Shown piece after piece: positions 15,668-16,310 of a stretch of DNA of 16,310 nt. The notes under the pieces are model-generated. The model was not told the DNA's origin, made no database searches, and saw only the letters and a list, made by a program, of their open reading frames with translations. The translations under genes and the position numbers were made by a program. The DNA is from Armatimonadia bacterium (GTDB taxonomy: Bacteria; Armatimonadota; Zipacnadia; Zipacnadales; UBA11051), in the NCBI GenBank assembly GCA_039683575.1, contig JBDKRC010000316.1, positions 1-16,310 of the forward strand, written 5' to 3'. Each line of letters begins with the position of its first letter. The first letter of the stretch is position 1.

Positions 15668-16310
15668 CGGTCAGGCCTTGTCAGGGCGATTTTGTAGCCG
15701 GTCCATTTGCCGGCGGTGAAGGTGGGGGAGAGGCGGAGGTGGCGGGGCAGGCGGGCTTGCCAGGAGGCCAGGACATCGGGTTCGTTGAGAAGTACCACCG
15801 TGCTGCCTGACTCGAGTTGCAGGTCGGCGGCGGGCGGAAGTGAGGTGGGTAGGACTTCCACGGTGGCGCCGGTGCGACCGTAGAGGGCGATGGCGAAGCC
15901 GGGCCAGCCGGCGATGAGATTGCGGGTGGAGGGGTTGAGGGTGGATTGCAGGCTGGCGGCGGCGAGGCGCTCATCGGTGTCGGTGTGACCGAGGGCCGCA
16001 TAGCCTGACATGACGGACCGGAAGCCGTTGGGCAGGCCCTGGCCGGTGGTGTTGAGGTGGTAAGAAAGGACGAGACAGCCGACCGCGATGATCAGGAGGC
16101 CGGCGGACGGACGCGCGGGGCCGGTGCGGTAACGGGCGATGAGAGTGGGCAGGAGGGTGTAGCCGAAGGCGAATGCGGCGGCGACGACGGGCATGAGGAC
16201 CGGCAAGAGGGCGGGGCCGGTGGCAGAGGTGCGGAGGGTTGGGAAGATGGCGGGTGAGATCAGGGCCGCGAGCGCGAGAGTGGCCACGGGGAGTCCGGGA
16301 GGGGCTTGAA
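15664..16310 (-). CDS. Membrane protein, C-terminal part only (possibly the tail of a GT-C/ArnT-like glycosyltransferase)
   Basis: The frame of ORF 15664..16287 stays open to the window edge (QAPPGLPVATLAL...). Three hydrophobic segments precede a soluble tail, and codon usage is C-rich like the other minus-strand genes. Function is a guess from architecture. Confidence 0.6.
   Translation of the reverse strand, partial: QAPPGLPVATLALAALISPAIFPTLRTSATGPALLPVLMPVVAAAFAFGYTLLPTLIARYRTGPARPSAGLLIIAVGCLVLSYHLNTTGQGLPNGFRSVMSGYAALGHTDTDERLAAASLQSTLNPSTRNLIAGWPGFAIALYGRTGATVEVLPTSLPPAADLQLESGSTVVLLNEPDVLASWQARLPRHLRLSPTFTAGKWTGYKIALTRPDR

Overview
GC-rich bacterial chromosomal window, mostly cell-envelope and housekeeping genes. 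The DUF6785-type transporter and overall gene style suggest Armatimonadota or a similar lineage (inference only). The left edge holds the 5' part of a multi-SLBB polysaccharide export (Wza/KpsD-like) gene on the minus strand, which the ORF track misses. A divergent plus-strand run follows: class A PBP (PBP1A), class B PBP (PBP2/MrdA), FemABX-family peptidyl transferase, two small membrane proteins, TldD, TldE/PmbA, a DUF6785/DUF6784-like polytopic membrane protein and a CDP-alcohol phosphatidyltransferase. Two convergent minus-strand genes close the window: a secreted protein with a discoidin-like domain and a partial membrane protein. The most striking signal is non-coding. A 257-bp MITE with 27-bp terminal inverted repeats and a perfect 9-bp target-site duplication sits between two back-to-back sigma70 promoters and carries REP-like hairpins. 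A second, smaller CTAG-flanked element also encloses a REP doublet. A 95-bp-period tandem array separates tldD from tldE, and its palindromic core recurs 3.4 kb upstream with a compensatory base-pair change. No transposase, CRISPR array or RNA gene was seen.
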